Shown here: positions 35,987 through 48,800 of the stretch, one piece after another
Numbering within the stretch: the stretch's first letter is position 1
Layout of the letters: each line of letters starts with the position of its first letter
DNA from: Psammoneis japonica
Taxonomy: Eukaryota
Assembly: GCA_008632985.1 (NCBI GenBank)
Contig: QPGO01000061.1
Coordinates: 124,001 to 188,000, forward strand
DNA length: 64,000 nucleotides
Reading direction: 5' to 3'
Position numbers and translations under genes: made by a program
The notes under the pieces: model-generated
What the model was told of the DNA's origin: nothing
The model's input: only the letters and a program-made list of their open reading frames with translations
The model's database searches: none

Positions 35987-36383
35987 GACGTGTTCCAATC
36001 CCAGGTGGGACTCCTTGTGACATTGGGCCCGCACAATTCTACGTGCAAGCTCTGTGTCAAAATTGTCAATCAACAAAAACACACATGATCACCAACAGAA
36101 AAAGAGGCAATTTTACGAACGCATCTCCTCCTTCACACTCAGAGTGCATGAACAACAGTTTGCATGGGCACATTCCACAGACATTGAAGAACACACCCAG
36201 TGCATTTTCATTGTCACAAATGTTGAAAATAGAAAGCCTTTGGCTTCACAAAATGGGAAGCATGAAACAATTTCGTAGAATGTCACACGTGGCCATCTAC
36301 GTGCGCAACATGCGGCACGATCCAAAAAACTGTTGATGTCACAGTTCAGCACTGCGAGGTCCCACCCAGAGCTGGAACGCGTC
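35987..36383 (-). mobile_element. MITE family B
   Basis: TIRs gacgtgttcca / ctggaacgcgtc; 4 bp TSD AGGC; splits the copia integrase. Confidence 0.9.
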
Positions 36384-37226
36384 AGGCCTTGATGCTGTTG
36401 AGTTGCCTTGCGAGTTGAGTTTGGTCCAGCAGGTGTCTTGACTTGTTTTGCCTGGATGCACGTGGGGCAAATGTCAAGAACTGGGTTGGCATGGTGGAAC
36501 TCAGGAACCCCTTTGATGTTCTTGTGAGCATGGTGCAAACAATGATTGCTGGGATGTCCAAGGCGTTGGTGCCAAAGGAGACATTCAGTCTCAACTTTGA
36601 GAGAGCGGACCGGGGTGGAACTTGGCAGAGGTGATGACAGGTGTGCAATGGAACAGCATTGTGTCGGAAACAACTCAGTGTCTGTCATCCATGGATCAGA
36701 CGGCGTTTGCTGAACATTGGCGCAGAAGATTGCACATTGGCATGCATTGTCAATGTCATCAACCGGAGTCAAGTCAGGAGTTGCAGGCGCATCAAGGGAG
36801 CATTGCTCAGAGATGGTGGGACTGGGGGCTGGGTAAAAACTTTTCCATGTCGGAGAACACCATGGACAGCCACTTTTGGGCATCTGTCGAAGCAGTTTGC
36901 ATGCAGGTTCCATCGGCATGAGTCTTCTTGAGAGACTCAGAATGAATGGCTTTCGGTGTAAGACCAGAAGCCCATGCAAAATCGCGTTCATCAATCAAGG
37001 TGGAACGCAGGCTGGGGTGGCAGAAGGTGCGCGCGAGAAGGAAGCCATCAGTGTTTGCAGCAGGCACTTGCAAACAACCGAAGCCATGAGGGACCATGTC
37101 AGAGCCTTTGGCAGCAGGAAGCATCTTCAAAGGACAGGGATTATCCGGGCCAAATGGGGTGCAGGCATGAAGGAGGTGTTTGTCTCCTGTGCAGGATGCC
37201 CAAGCACCAGTGTCAATTTGTGCACG

Positions 37227-37619
37227 GACGCGTTCCAGGTCTAGGTGGGACCTCGCACTGCTGAACTGTGACATCGATAGTTTTTTGAGTCTCGTCGTAT
37301 GTCGCGCACGTAGATTTCTACGTGATTTTTTCGATATTTTGTGTCATTTTACGGTACATTTATTGAGCGATCCGTCCAACAACTTTTGACATTTTTTGTT
37401 ACAGCGCGATTCTATAATGTCTTAAGAATCGCGTAGGGCAGGCGAAGTTGCAAAAACGTCGAGTGGTAAGAGGCATAATTGTACCACAAACTTGGCCGTT
37501 TATTTGATGTTGAAGATAAATGTGTCCTCCATTAATTAAATTCTCGTACTACGGAGCTCGCACGTAGAATTCTACGGGCCCAATGTCACACGGAGTCCCA
37601 CCTAGGGCTGGAACGCGTC
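37227..37619 (+). mobile_element. MITE family B (young, TpA-rich)
   Basis: Perfect 12 bp TIRs gacgcgttccag / ctggaacgcgtc; 4 bp TSD CACG; inserted just upstream of the copia protease motif. Confidence 0.93.
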
Positions 37620-40600
37620 CACGGCACATCGTTGAATCACGCATTACATGGTTGATGGGGACAACAGGAGCAGTCAAGGATTCAAATGCCGTGGGTGCTT
37701 TGGGAGGAGAAAAATCGGGGAGACACGCACTGCACTCAAAGGTGATGGGTGTTGGCTGGTGTCCATGTCAACGCACTCAAAATCTTGGTCGTGATCACTG
37801 GACAGAGGGACATCATTCTCTTTGATGGAGGGTTCATGAGAAGGCGTTTCCCTCCCCCAATTGGCAGCATCAGGGTGATCATCCGCAATGGTCCTGAGAT
37901 CCAGAGCTCCAGTCTTTGTTGAGGTTGACAGAAGGTCAGCAAATGAGACATGTGAAAGAGGCATTTCAGTGGGAGGCAGCAAGTCTGTGAGATCCTCGTT
38001 CGCAGTCACCCTGCTTGCATGCATTTTTGGATTGAGAGGAGATGGGCGGCATTGTTCATCCAAATGCAACAATGGCCCTGGGAAAAATCCTTTTAAAGGT
38101 TTGCCATCCTCAAGTGCATCTCGGGCACGTTGGTCACGTTGAAGGAATTGGCAGAATTGGATGAGGTGAGCACGCAGATGCTCGGCATTGTTCAAGACCA
38201 GGCACTCATGGAACAAGTGGCTGTCACCACAGACAGCACATGGTTGAGTCTGTGCAACAGCAAGGGATGACTTGATCCTGCAGATGCAAGCCTCGCAAAT
38301 GCCGTGCAGTGCTTGTGCCTTGTCATCTGGAGGAATTTCCATGGTGGCAACCTCGTTTGCAAAGCACTCCACAGTTTCCACAGGTTCTTCCACAGGAGGA
38401 TGATCAGGTTCCATTGGAGTTTCCTGAACAATCGTGGGTGGATCTGGCACCTCATCCTCAGGCAACAAATCAAGGGGGCTCGAAGAGGAGCTGCAAGAGG
38501 AGGGTTGGCCGGGTTCTGGCTGTGGAGGCGTCATGCAGGGCATTTGGGAGGATCCTTGAGACAAAGAGCAGGACTGTCTGGTTTCTTGAGGATCGTGGCA
38601 ATCGTCTTGGCAATCTTCTTCTGAGTGAATTTGTGTTGCTTGCTCTTGTCTTCCCTGGCATCGACTGTCTTTCGATGCAGGTGCTCTCCACATCAGGTGT
38701 TGCTGAGAAAGATGTCTGGCTCACCAGGATCATCAAGAGAGGCATCAACGTTGGAAATGATGGCCCGCAGCTGGAGGAAATCCCTGAATGGAGCACAGCA
38801 ACTGAGGATTGTGAGATTGTTTTGATGTGGGCAGCTCTTGATCAGTTCATGTGGGCGCTTGGTCCAGATTGGGAGAATGTCAAGTGGGGTCATCTTGAGG
38901 GCAGTGTGTCAATCTCCACAGCATTGGTGAACAACATCGGGGCACTTGGGGAATCAGCTGGGAAAATCCCAACCTTGTGGACATGCTGAAAAAGTGCAAG
39001 CTTCATGCGGTCAAGAGGTGCACGCGTGCGGAGTGGCACAGGTCATCAGTCGGGTTGTTGCCACTCGTGAAACCCCAGTTTCCACCATCCTTGATGAAAC
39101 ACCACAGAGGATGCATGTGTGTGCCACAAGCCAAGGCTTGTTGGGTCACTGCAGTGTGCCATGCTTGGATTCCTTGAGGTGAAATGTCATCACATTTCAA
39201 AGGGTCACAAAGAAATGATTTGGCATCCCAATCAGTGCGATGGACAAAGAGTGAACCATCAGCAAGAATGAGGCGTTCAGTGCCATCTTCACAGTGAAAA
39301 TTTCCCGACTTGCAAGGTGCTGGTGACTTCCCCAACACTGCTTTCCCGGCTTCCTTGCATTGATTGCGGGCTGGTGCATCCTTTGGAAGTCCTTTTGGAT
39401 TGAAGGCACGTGTGGCACTGGTGGTTGTCGAGAAAGAAACCGCAGCAGCAGTGGTCTTGGTGGAAGGTGTGGGAGGTGGTGAAGAAGCCGCAGAGGTCTT
39501 CAATGCATTGCTCACAGCTTGCTCAACTCTTTTGGACCAGGCAAATGAGCAGCTAAGGCCTCAGCAAAATCTTCAGGAGTCAGGCCTGCAGTGGGGGTCG
39601 ATTGAGATGCAGAACTTGAAGGAGACGCTGGCGGTGGGTGTGGGGCATCAGAGACATCATCCCAACACAGACAACCCTCAAAACCAGGACAAAGGAAGAG
39701 ACTGATGGTCCCAACACATGTCGTCATGGCATCTTGATTGTCTGAGATTGCTTTGATCATGTGGCCTTCTGAAGATTTGTGTGGTTCAGATGGATCGGAG
39801 CATCTTGAGGGGCAGCCACAAAGATGGGAGCTTTGTCAATGAGTGGTCCAATCTGTTTGAGGTCCTCACAATTCTACGCAAGCGCCAGTGGGATTGTCCC
39901 ATGTGAGAGTGTGGTGGCATGCCAACCTCCTTGGGCACTTTGGGACGTCAGGCAGTTGCGCCAATGACAGAGAAACCAAACGGTGTTGGAGGGGATGCTC
40001 TGTTGTGTCTGCGTTCGGGGGAGCGGTGCCGCCATGGTGTCGCATCTCTTTGCATTTTCCATCCCGATGTCAGCATGTTTTCTGCGCTAAATTCTACGCG
40101 ATTCAGCAATTTTCCGAGTCAGTTCTTTCAGCACAAATTTCATGTGCAATTCCACGCATTTGGCCAGAATTTTGAGTCAACGACCGTGTCAGGTTTATCC
40201 TCTTGTTCTTCTCACCAACGCACTTCCTTGAGTTTTCTTTCCAATGCACTGCAATTCATGATGGACATTCTGCGGTTTTCCAAAGTGGGTCGCCACAAGT
40301 CTTCCAGGTGGCAGCATTTCCAAGTCTCGATGTTGCTCCTCTTGCTCTTTGACATTGCAGCTTCAGTGCACAATTTCTGTGCAATTCCACGCATGACAGA
40401 AATTTCATCCAACAACTCCGATCATCATTTCCTTTCCTTCGTTGGGGTCTGTGTTGGACTTTCTTGGGTGTTTTTCATCCCAGGAATTTCTCTCACATTC
40501 GCTTCAAGCATGTTGTCTTCGGAGACAGACACGTGTTCAGTTTTCTGCAGTGTTTGTTTTGGTGTCTCCCAAGTGGTGTGGCTGGGCTTGTCCATTCTTT

Positions 40601-42479
40601 GAGGCACAGCAACTGTGGTTGCCGTGTGACAAGCATCCGGTCAGTTGCTGTTCTGACTTGAAACAAACAGCCTCTTTCTGACGATGTGTTGACGGCATTG
40701 CCTTCGGACAATGTGTCAATGGCGTTGTCTTTCTGACAATGTTTGACAGTGCTTCAATTGTCCCTGCCGCCCTTTGTGGGCACTGTGGAATGTGGGTTGG
40801 TGTGGGTGGTGGCGAGGCAGCAGCAAAACAGATTTCCAGTTTTGTTGTTTGAGGTCCTCAGTTAAGGCAGTTTGAGGGATGATCAGATCATGAACAATCT
40901 TGTGACGGATGGTTGCGATTGCATCAGGCTTGAGGCCTGGAGGAGCAAATCCATCCAGAACATCTTCAGGAGCAGGTGTCATGTCGGAGTGAAGTTCATT
41001 CAGGTGAGAATGGGCATCAGGTGAGCAATTTTGCGGTCTGAATTTGACCTGTGTTGACTTGATCTTGGTCAAATTGACGGAAGTTTGCTCAGTCGGCACC
41101 ATGGCTGTGCAGGAAAAAAATCAAAATCCTGTGCAGAGCACTGGCATGTGGTCTGCGGTGGTCATGATGATCACAAATCAAGTGAGAAAAACAGCTGTGA
41201 CAAAGATGATGATTTCAATGGAGAAATGTCACCAAATCACACAGAGAACGTTGCACGCAGTTGCACTGAGCAAGACAAACAGCACGCTGCTGTGCTCATA
41301 ACCTCATGGACCAGTGGCATCGGGACGATCTAACTGACATCTGGGACAGATGACAATTGTGTGCTGGATGAGAAAGAAAGAAAGCAGCAAAGAGAAATCA
41401 TTGGATCTCTCAATGCTGTCTGTGCCAGTCTGTCCGAGACAAGGGAGTGCACTCCCCATCTCGGATGTCTGTCAGAAATGACCAAGCAGCTTGTGTGTTG
41501 TGGACACAACTGCAATTGACTTGGAAAGTGCTCACTTGAATGCACCATGTGCAGAGAAGATGGGTTTGAAGGTGGAGCCAAGTGATTGTGGCAAGTTCAA
41601 ATGGTGTGCATTGGTTGTGGCAAAAGCATTTTGTGGATTGAAGAGTGCAAGGTTTTTGTGGCAACCATCATTTTCTTCTGCTTTGTGAGATGCAGGTTTT
41701 GAGCTGATGCATGCAGCCAGACCCAAATGTGCACATGTGCAAGCAGCAGCCCATGAGGACAGACACTGGCACTGCAAGATGCCATTGGTCTGTTTGGATG
41801 ATGTGTTGATTTGTGTTGCATCAAGGCAAGTTGGTTGTAAAGTTTGTTGCCAAGCATTGCAAGACGGAGCCTGGGAATGAAGGTCAGCCCAAGACTTGTC
41901 TGGGAACGACTGCAGAAAAGATCCAGGCACAGGATGGCTGCAATGGTTTGGGCCAGTTTGCCAAGAGACTGCATCAAGAATGCAGTCAAGACAGTGGAGG
42001 ATTTGCTGAGCAAGAATGGAGATGGCGCAGTTCTGAAGAATGAAGTGAAAGATCCATTCCCAGTGAAGTGCAAACCAGAGTCAGACATGACAGATGAGCT
42101 GGGTCCCAAATTGACATCCTGACACTTGCAGCTCATTGGCATTGCAAGATGGGCAATTGAGTTGGGCTGTGTTGGTGTTTTGTTTGAAGCATCTTTGATT
42201 TCTCAACATCAGGCAAATCCAAGGAAGGGTCATTTGGAAGGCTTGTGCTGCACATTTGCACACATGAAGAAGCATCTGAGCAGGGGAACAAAACTTTGAA
42301 CTCGCCACATCTTTTGCACAGGCACCAGATCTTGCACCACCATTCACGCAATCTTTCTCTTGGGAGAGATGAATCTGCAGTGCTGACAGGTGCCATTGGA
42401 ACAGGTTGAACCTTGGTGATCTCCAGCAGATGTGACCTGTGCTGCAAAGAATGTTCAAAACGTCATCTTGTCTTCCAAA

Positions 42480-43292
42480 ACGGGTGCATGCCTGTGCCAC
42501 ATGGGTCCAACAGTGGCTCACACCCAGAGGCATGACAATGTCTTTGGCCACAGAAAAGTGTGGATGGTGTTTCAGTGCTTGGTCCAATCCCCGGCATGCC
42601 GAGCACCAAATCCCTGTGCAAACACAAAGATGCGGTCTCGTCCATCACTGTTGTTTGCAGCTCCGAAAAGTCACCATTATGTTCTGCACGAGAAAAATGG
42701 CGTTTCGGCACTTGGTCCAATCCCCGGCTTGCCGAGCATCAAATCCCTGTGCAAAACTTAAAGGTGTGATCTCGTCCTTCACTGTTGTTCAATGAGGACA
42801 CTTGGTTTTCATGTGTTCCATCGCTTCTGAAATGTTTCTTCCTGACTTGTTGAGATCGTTGTGTAAATTCAGCATGAGGAAGCACGTCTCAAGAAGTGGC
42901 AAATAGAAGAAGTCGGCTTCGCTCGCGTTTCTAACTGGACCATTCTTGAAGCGTTGTGTTCTCAGCTGAACAGAGGCTTTGATTGCAGCAAGGATCTCGA
43001 ATGTGCGGAGGTGTTTCAAATGAGCGCTCTACAAGCTCCTCGTTGAACCGAGGCGGGGATCTTGGTTCGATCTGTGGAACACGTTGGATTTGCGAACTTC
43101 CGTCTTTTCCTAGGAGCTTTAGTCACATTATAGGAAGTATAGATTCTACCTTCTTGACTGGCGGTGTCGGTGCAGGCAGAAATCGTTGGCAGCCTAGCAA
43201 TTGTGATAGTTGAGGGGAATACAGGAAGCCAACTAAAAGCAATCCTTGGACGAGTCTGTCGCTCGTCTATTCGTACGAGAGAGGGACGGCAT
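42480..43292 (-). pseudogene. Exostosin-like (GT47) glycosyltransferase pseudogene with frameshifts and an internal ~135 bp duplication
   Basis: Fragments: TM (QGLLLVGFL), PPRFNEELV, PVRNASEADFFYLP, TKCPH/(W)NNSEGRDH, duplicate NNSDGRDRIFVFAQG and FSVAKDIVMP, following the GT47 pattern EADFFYVP...YPYWN..GRDHIF...KDIVIP. Confidence 0.7.
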
Positions 43293-43718
43293 GGTAGTGG
43301 TCTGTGATTACGTTTTTGTGACCACGACTTTCATGAAGAGAGTCTATCATCAACAATCTAGACACAAAAAATTCTTGTGACATCAACGATCTCTGTGCTC
43401 AAAGACGGAACAGAACCGATGAAGACACCCAACTCCACTATTGTCGAGGCTGTTCTACATGAGACTGTTGTCTGGACTCTGGAGGTGTTTTCCAAAAGTG
43501 ACTTCGTATGGTATACTTGGATCGCATGTTTCAGATACAGTCAAACACATCGAGATCTCCCCAAGCCGCTCGAGAGCTTACCGAGTCGCATCATAGTCTC
43601 GCCATTGTTATCCAACTCAAAGACCCATGATTCTTTGCAGCTTTTTCACTAGCTTACCATCACCCAGCTATGGAGTAAACGAAAAACATCTCTCGATTGT
43701 CCGTTTGGCAATGTTTCA

Positions 43719-44822
43719 TCATTTCGGCATGTTGTCATAGGTGTCGTTCTTGAAAAGAAACGAATAGACATCATTTGTGTAATCCATTCTGTTGAATTCT
43801 TTCACCTGATTGAAAAGCTGTTCATCATAGTACTTGGACATAATTGCTTTAGAGCCTGTCGCATGGTGAGTTTTGGTAGCTCCAAAGATGGATTCATTGC
43901 CAAATTGACCCCATCCAGACTGGCCATAGGCTTCCCACAAGTCAACTTTCTTCAGTAACGCTTCTGCGTCATGCTTCACATTGTCAAAGCTCCCAACAAA
44001 ATTGATTTGACGCCAATATTTCGGTTCCATTCGTTCCCACTGAGGACTCCAATGATGATCCCTACACGACCCTTTCTGGGCTGCCCGAAGAAATAGTAGA
44101 AGTGATTTCTGAAATGCAGCGATACACTGCTTCCTCTCAACTGAGTTTTCAAACAACATCTTGCAACAGTAGTCGTCAACATACCAGCCACCGCCTTCGA
44201 AAGCCTTGTCGAGATAAGCAGAAAGGAATCGTTCTTGGGGCTTTCGTAGAAAAACGGCGCGCGTCCATTCCGGAGACGTCATCATCTCGTTTGCTTGGTC
44301 AATGGGAAAGTCCCGAAGATATGTCAACCCGTTTGTTTCGGGGTCGTGAAAGCGAATGATGTCTGTTGAATTTATCTCTGGAAGACCCTCAACCCGTCGA
44401 AAGAGTTGCTTCCACACAGTGCAACCGACTTTGGGAATGGTGAAGAAGACCAACTTGTGCTCGAGCAATACAACAGGTGAGGAGTCCCATCCAAGCTTAT
44501 ACACCGAGTCGTGTCGATACACCACAAAAGATCGAGAGTTTGACAACAGAGGATGATGTGCTGGCTCACCCTTCAATCGAGGATGACCTCTAAACTTGTA
44601 CACCGAGTCGTCGCGTCGAGACACCACAAAAGATTGAGATTTAGACATCAGCAGAGGATGTTTTGGCTCATCCTTCAATCGAGGATGGCCTCTAAGCAGT
44701 GCTGGAACAAAAACGCACGTCCAGAATGCCATGCCCAAAAGGCAGCAAACGAAAAGACGTTGGGAGCTTATTACCATGCCGCTGCGTTGCGATTTTGCGG
44801 AGTCAATGGGCAAAGACTTCAT
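43719..44822 (-). CDS. Carbohydrate sulfotransferase (Sulfotransfer_2 / CHST8-14-like), type II membrane
   Basis: TM helix; 5'-PSB FFTIPKVGCTVWK; 3'-PB FLRKPQERFLSAY; HWSPQ. Confidence 0.88.
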   Translation of the reverse strand: MKSLPIDSAKSQRSGMVISSQRLFVCCLLGMAFWTCVFVPALLRGHPRLKDEPKHPLLMSKSQSFVVSRRDDSVYKFRGHPRLKGEPAHHPLLSNSRSFVVYRHDSVYKLGWDSSPVVLLEHKLVFFTIPKVGCTVWKQLFRRVEGLPEINSTDIIRFHDPETNGLTYLRDFPIDQANEMMTSPEWTRAVFLRKPQERFLSAYLDKAFEGGGWYVDDYCCKMLFENSVERKQCIAAFQKSLLLFLRAAQKGSCRDHHWSPQWERMEPKYWRQINFVGSFDNVKHDAEALLKKVDLWEAYGQSGWGQFGNESIFGATKTHHATGSKAIMSKYYDEQLFNQVKEFNRMDYTNDVYSFLFKNDTYDNMPK

Positions 44823-44902
44823 GATCGTGGCTGAATAACGATAAGCCCATAACCCAGACTCGACATTTGACTTCGAGTCAAAGTAAGCTAAATGAATAGT
44901 GT

Positions 44903-45000
44903 AAAACGTTAAGTGTCATTTCCACTTCGACACAGAGACAGCTATATGATTAGTGCAAATCGTTAAGTGTCATTTACACTTCGACACAAAGAAAGCTAAA
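44903..45000. repeat. Two-copy tandem repeat, about 54 bp unit
   Basis: cgttaagtgtcattt(c/a)cacttcgacaca(g/a)aga(c/a)agcta twice. Confidence 0.8.
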
Positions 45001-46349
45001 TGCTTAACGGCAGTGGTCAGATTTCAAATTCTGAGCAATACAGAAATGTCAATGATGAATAAGGATTTTAGATCCCTTCTGCCCTTAATGTCATTATTCC
45101 AATGCCACTAATGAATACACAAATGAATTTGTATTCCATCCTTTTCGTAAACTTTGATCTATCGGCATTTTCAATACGAGCACGCGATGACAACAATAAA
45201 GCATGCTTGTATGTGTCATGGTCATAAGCTGTAAGGCATACCGTCACATTTGGATTGAACTCGGGGATGTTGGTGTCGAAAGCAGCCATTTGTTTGACAT
45301 TCGTGATTTTTCATCGCCCACAAATTGGGATTTCAACTGAGTCGAGTTGATGTTGGACGTGTGCAAAGCACTGCGTTTGATGAAACAATTGAGGGCTCTG
45401 GGCTTATGGCATTTTATGCCATGGAGACTTAAAATGGTGAATGGGTTGAAAATCAGGCCAGTGATCGGGTTTGCCAACATTTCCAAAAATGTGACAACAA
45501 AAATTGCATCACTCAACAACCAACAACCCCTCAAGAGAAAGAAACAAGAAAAGTGATTCCTCTTTGCACTTGAATTAAAAGAGACAACAATGCACAACAA
45601 ATGTTCAAGAAGGACAAGAAGCTCTTGAATGCATGAAACAAGAAGAGAGTCAACGAATCACTCTTGTTTCGAACCTCTTGCCCTGTTCTCTCCTCCATGG
45701 TGGTTGGTTGAAAGGTTGGTGGTGGTTTTTTGTGAGACTTGCAGCTTGATGCATGTTGATGCATGAACAAATGGCCCATGTGTGGTGTCACCTTTGGAAT
45801 GTGCCACTTGTGGAGCTTGAGTGGACAGCTCTCTGTGCTCAAGCTTTGTCTGCCAAATGCTCCGTCAAAGTCCAGATGCTGCCCCATCCCACCCAACCAT
45901 TGAAAAAAAAACAGTTCTTGCAAAATGCTGTTGCCTGTTTCCCTCTTCCTCTGCAGAGCAGCTCTCTTGGTGACAGTGCCACCCACACACCAGACTGCGC
46001 TCAAGAATGCTTTCCAACCTGCCAGCCAAGACACCCAGCTCGGGGCTGTGTGGGCTCGAATCTCTCTCAAGACAAGCGGCTGAGCATGTTTCTGGCACTG
46101 GCGGCAATGCTGAGCCCTCCTTCCTGTTTGACTTTCCAGGGGTGTGCCCAGACTGCCTGCATGCTGGCCCAACCACAAGAGTTGCTGTTTTGCCAGTTTT
46201 GTCAGCAGGATGTGCCAAGGCTGCTCTGGCCATGTGTGCCTGGCTGGCACCACAAAGCAAAGACAGGTGCGACAGCACTTTCTGCTGTCAGCAAAGAGTG
46301 TGAGCTGGCTGGACTGCCCAACCCCACACTTCCCAGTGCCAAAAGGTCA

Positions 46350-48800
46350 TTTTGTTGAACTGTAGAATGTCCTGTTGTCCCTCGCGTTGTGTCCTCGAGG
46401 CAGGCCGGTGCGCACTTAGCGTCTGAAATGCGCGAAATCCGGTCGGTTTCCGAAGACAAGGCTTCTGGATCTTGAAGATAGAAGGAGGTTTCTACCGCAG
46501 CATCTACGTGCCTCATTGGCACTTCTCCATTGACTGATGGCCACTCTGTCATCTGTTTAGAGAAGACAGTGTCAATGCCTTGTGTCTCCAGAATGTCACG
46601 TCCAACAATCATGTCGCACTTGCCCAACTTTCCGTTGTGTGCGTGGACGGCATGTTTAAGTTCTGCAGTTTCGGATAATTCTGGCAACCGAAATTTAACG
46701 GTGCAGTCGTTGGACGCACTGAACGAGCCTGCTGCCGCAGCCCAGTTTGTCTCAGCCGTTGAATGGCTTCGCAGACGTTTGCAGCATCGACTGTCGAGTA
46801 GAGCACTGCTGGCGCCACTGTCCAGCAGTGCCTTGATGGTTTGAGTCTTGCCCTTGCCATGTTTGAGCATTCACAGCTGTGAACAAGATTGGAACAAGAT
46901 GAGTCTTTTTAACTCGTTTGCGAGATTGGCCTACAACACGTGTACGATGGCAACTCAGTTGTTCATTTGTGCATTCATCCAATGTGTCAAAACCACCTGC
47001 ATCGTGTCGGCCCCCTTCTCAGGTGTCCGAATCTTCGGAACCACTCAAGTTGAGGTCGCGGAAGTGATTGAGCTCCTGACGTGTTCCAGTCCCAGGTGAC
47101 GCACAAAACGACAATCGGATTTTGAACATGGTTTATGTGTGTTTTAGTGCACACAGCATCAAAAATGCTCAGATGGATTGACTTTCACAGGCTTCTAGAG
47201 CATGCACATTTAAACAGTTTTTTGAGGGGTGCTCAAATCTTCATGGGATGTGTGTCACAAACTTCCTCAGCAGACTCAATGCTGATTGCACGTCAGCAGA
47301 TTTACACTGAGATTTTTTTGTAGGCAGAAAACCTGCCAAGTGGCATCGTAGAAAGACACATTTAGTCAACATCCAAACAACGGCAATGTTTTGCCGAAAA
47401 TCATCCGTTGTGTTACGAATCTTTTGATGCAATGAAAAACATGGACAGCACAATGACAATGACATTGCAACACTCACACGAGTCTTGTCAGTGTTGCAAA
47501 ACATTTGCATTTGTGCAAATCCATGCTTTTGGTGGTGAAAGTTTGATCGTAAGTTAGGGACCGCGCAAAAATCGCGCAAATGTTGTTTTTGTGCACGATT
47601 TGGTTCACGTGCGGCTGGAACACGTCTCCTCCTCGCGTGCCTTGCGCTTTTTCTGAGCGTTGGCAAAGAACTCCTCGACCTTTGATCCGATGAGAGCATT
47701 GATGTCTTCCTCATTCCGAGGTTTTGCATTGGGTTTGCTGCCTCCATCATTGGAATGTCCAGTCTTGACACGTTTCACGCGGTGCTTGAGCTGACGGCAA
47801 TCCTCCGCATGATGTCCACAGTTGGTCCCGTGCAGCATGCACGACTTCTGAGTGTTCCGTTGGGTCGTGATCAACGACTCAGGATTGTCCGTTCTACGTC
47901 CCCGCTTGCGTGGAACCTCAGCATGTTGGTCCAGGTTACCTTTGGCAAGCTCGACCTGCTCGATGCGCTCGCAGAACTGCACAAATTCGGCGATGGCATG
48001 CGCCAACGGGTCAAAATTCTGTAGCGTCATGAACTTCTGCCATGCGTTCGGCACACCGTGCTCGAACACATCGCACAGTTCGTCATTGGGCAATGGTGCC
48101 GGTGCTTCTCCATCCTCCGTCACGGGTGGAAACTGAGAGATGTGGCCGTTAATTTCAACAGCCCTTGCGACGCAGTCACGAGCAGAAACCTCTGCGGGCT
48201 TGCACATGAAGCGCCTCAGACAGCGCTTCTGCAACAGTGACGCCCTGTGTGGGAAGATACTTTCCTTTAGCTTCGCGACGCATGCTGCGCACGTGGCGTT
48301 GGTTTGGGATGCCTGCTTGTCAGCGGCATTGTTGGATGATGTCAGAGCATTGCCCTGCAGCAGGTCACGCATGAGGGCAAATTTTGCTGGCCCGGTTGTC
48401 ATGTTTTGTCCTTCGTGCACGCAATCCACGTTGCGTGGAAAGATCAGGAGTGTCTCGCATGTAGCCGCAGAAAGGTGCGGATTCATGGTCGTTTTAAGAT
48501 TTGTCGGTCCCACCAACATTTCGTAGTTTCGTTTCTGCAGATTTTGTCACCTCGCACAACATGCGGGAGTGACATCACTGTGCCCCATGCATGCACTGGG
48601 CGCTGAAAAGAAGATGTGTTACGACCTTGTCGTTGTGAAAATTGTGAGCCAGTTTAGAGTGGAGAAAGTGGGATCGTGCGAATGGGGAATCTTGCCAATT
48701 CCCTGTTCGTTCGCATTTGGATCGCATCAAATCGATCGTGCGTTCGCATTGTGGATCGTGCGAATCAAGCCATCACGCGCTGTGCATGAGTGATGTCATC
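46350..48800 (-). mobile_element. Truncated Ty3/Gypsy element (5' LTR end, gag, protease)
   Basis: Gag ORF 47605-48519 with CMLHGTNCGHHAEDC; protease ALLDSGASS...KCDMIVGRD in 46202-46870; putative LTR end TGTTA at 48617. Confidence 0.8.
47078..47626 (+). mobile_element. MITE family A, TpA-depleted copy
   Basis: 12 bp TIRs gacgtgttccag / ctggaacacgtc; 4 bp TSD TCCT; inserted at the end of Gypsy gag; inverted copy at 58946-59500. Confidence 0.95.

Larger units (their letters stand above)
35770..41510 (-). mobile_element. 3'-truncated Ty1/copia element nested in opposite orientation
   Basis: PBS-like GGTTATGAGC at 41303-41294 after a putative LTR (about 41304-41510). Gag-like ORFs at 37674-39515, protease AQIDTGAWAS, pre-integrase LWHQRLGHPS...CPTC, and the start of the integrase core at 35770-35986. 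Confidence 0.75.
32330..42400 (+). mobile_element. Degenerate CoDi-type Ty1/copia element, interrupted by a nested copia at about 35770-41510
   Basis: Gag relic (NGTNVADPTHSISPNDW), MEHSLFNLNQLRAH, integrase relics (KVPKQLWDFGLVC, DFGFCELVWWWD, AANVTAENVFAQVDNEGH), then RT relic AIDLESAHLNAPCAEK...KAFCGLKSA after 41510. Confidence 0.75.
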
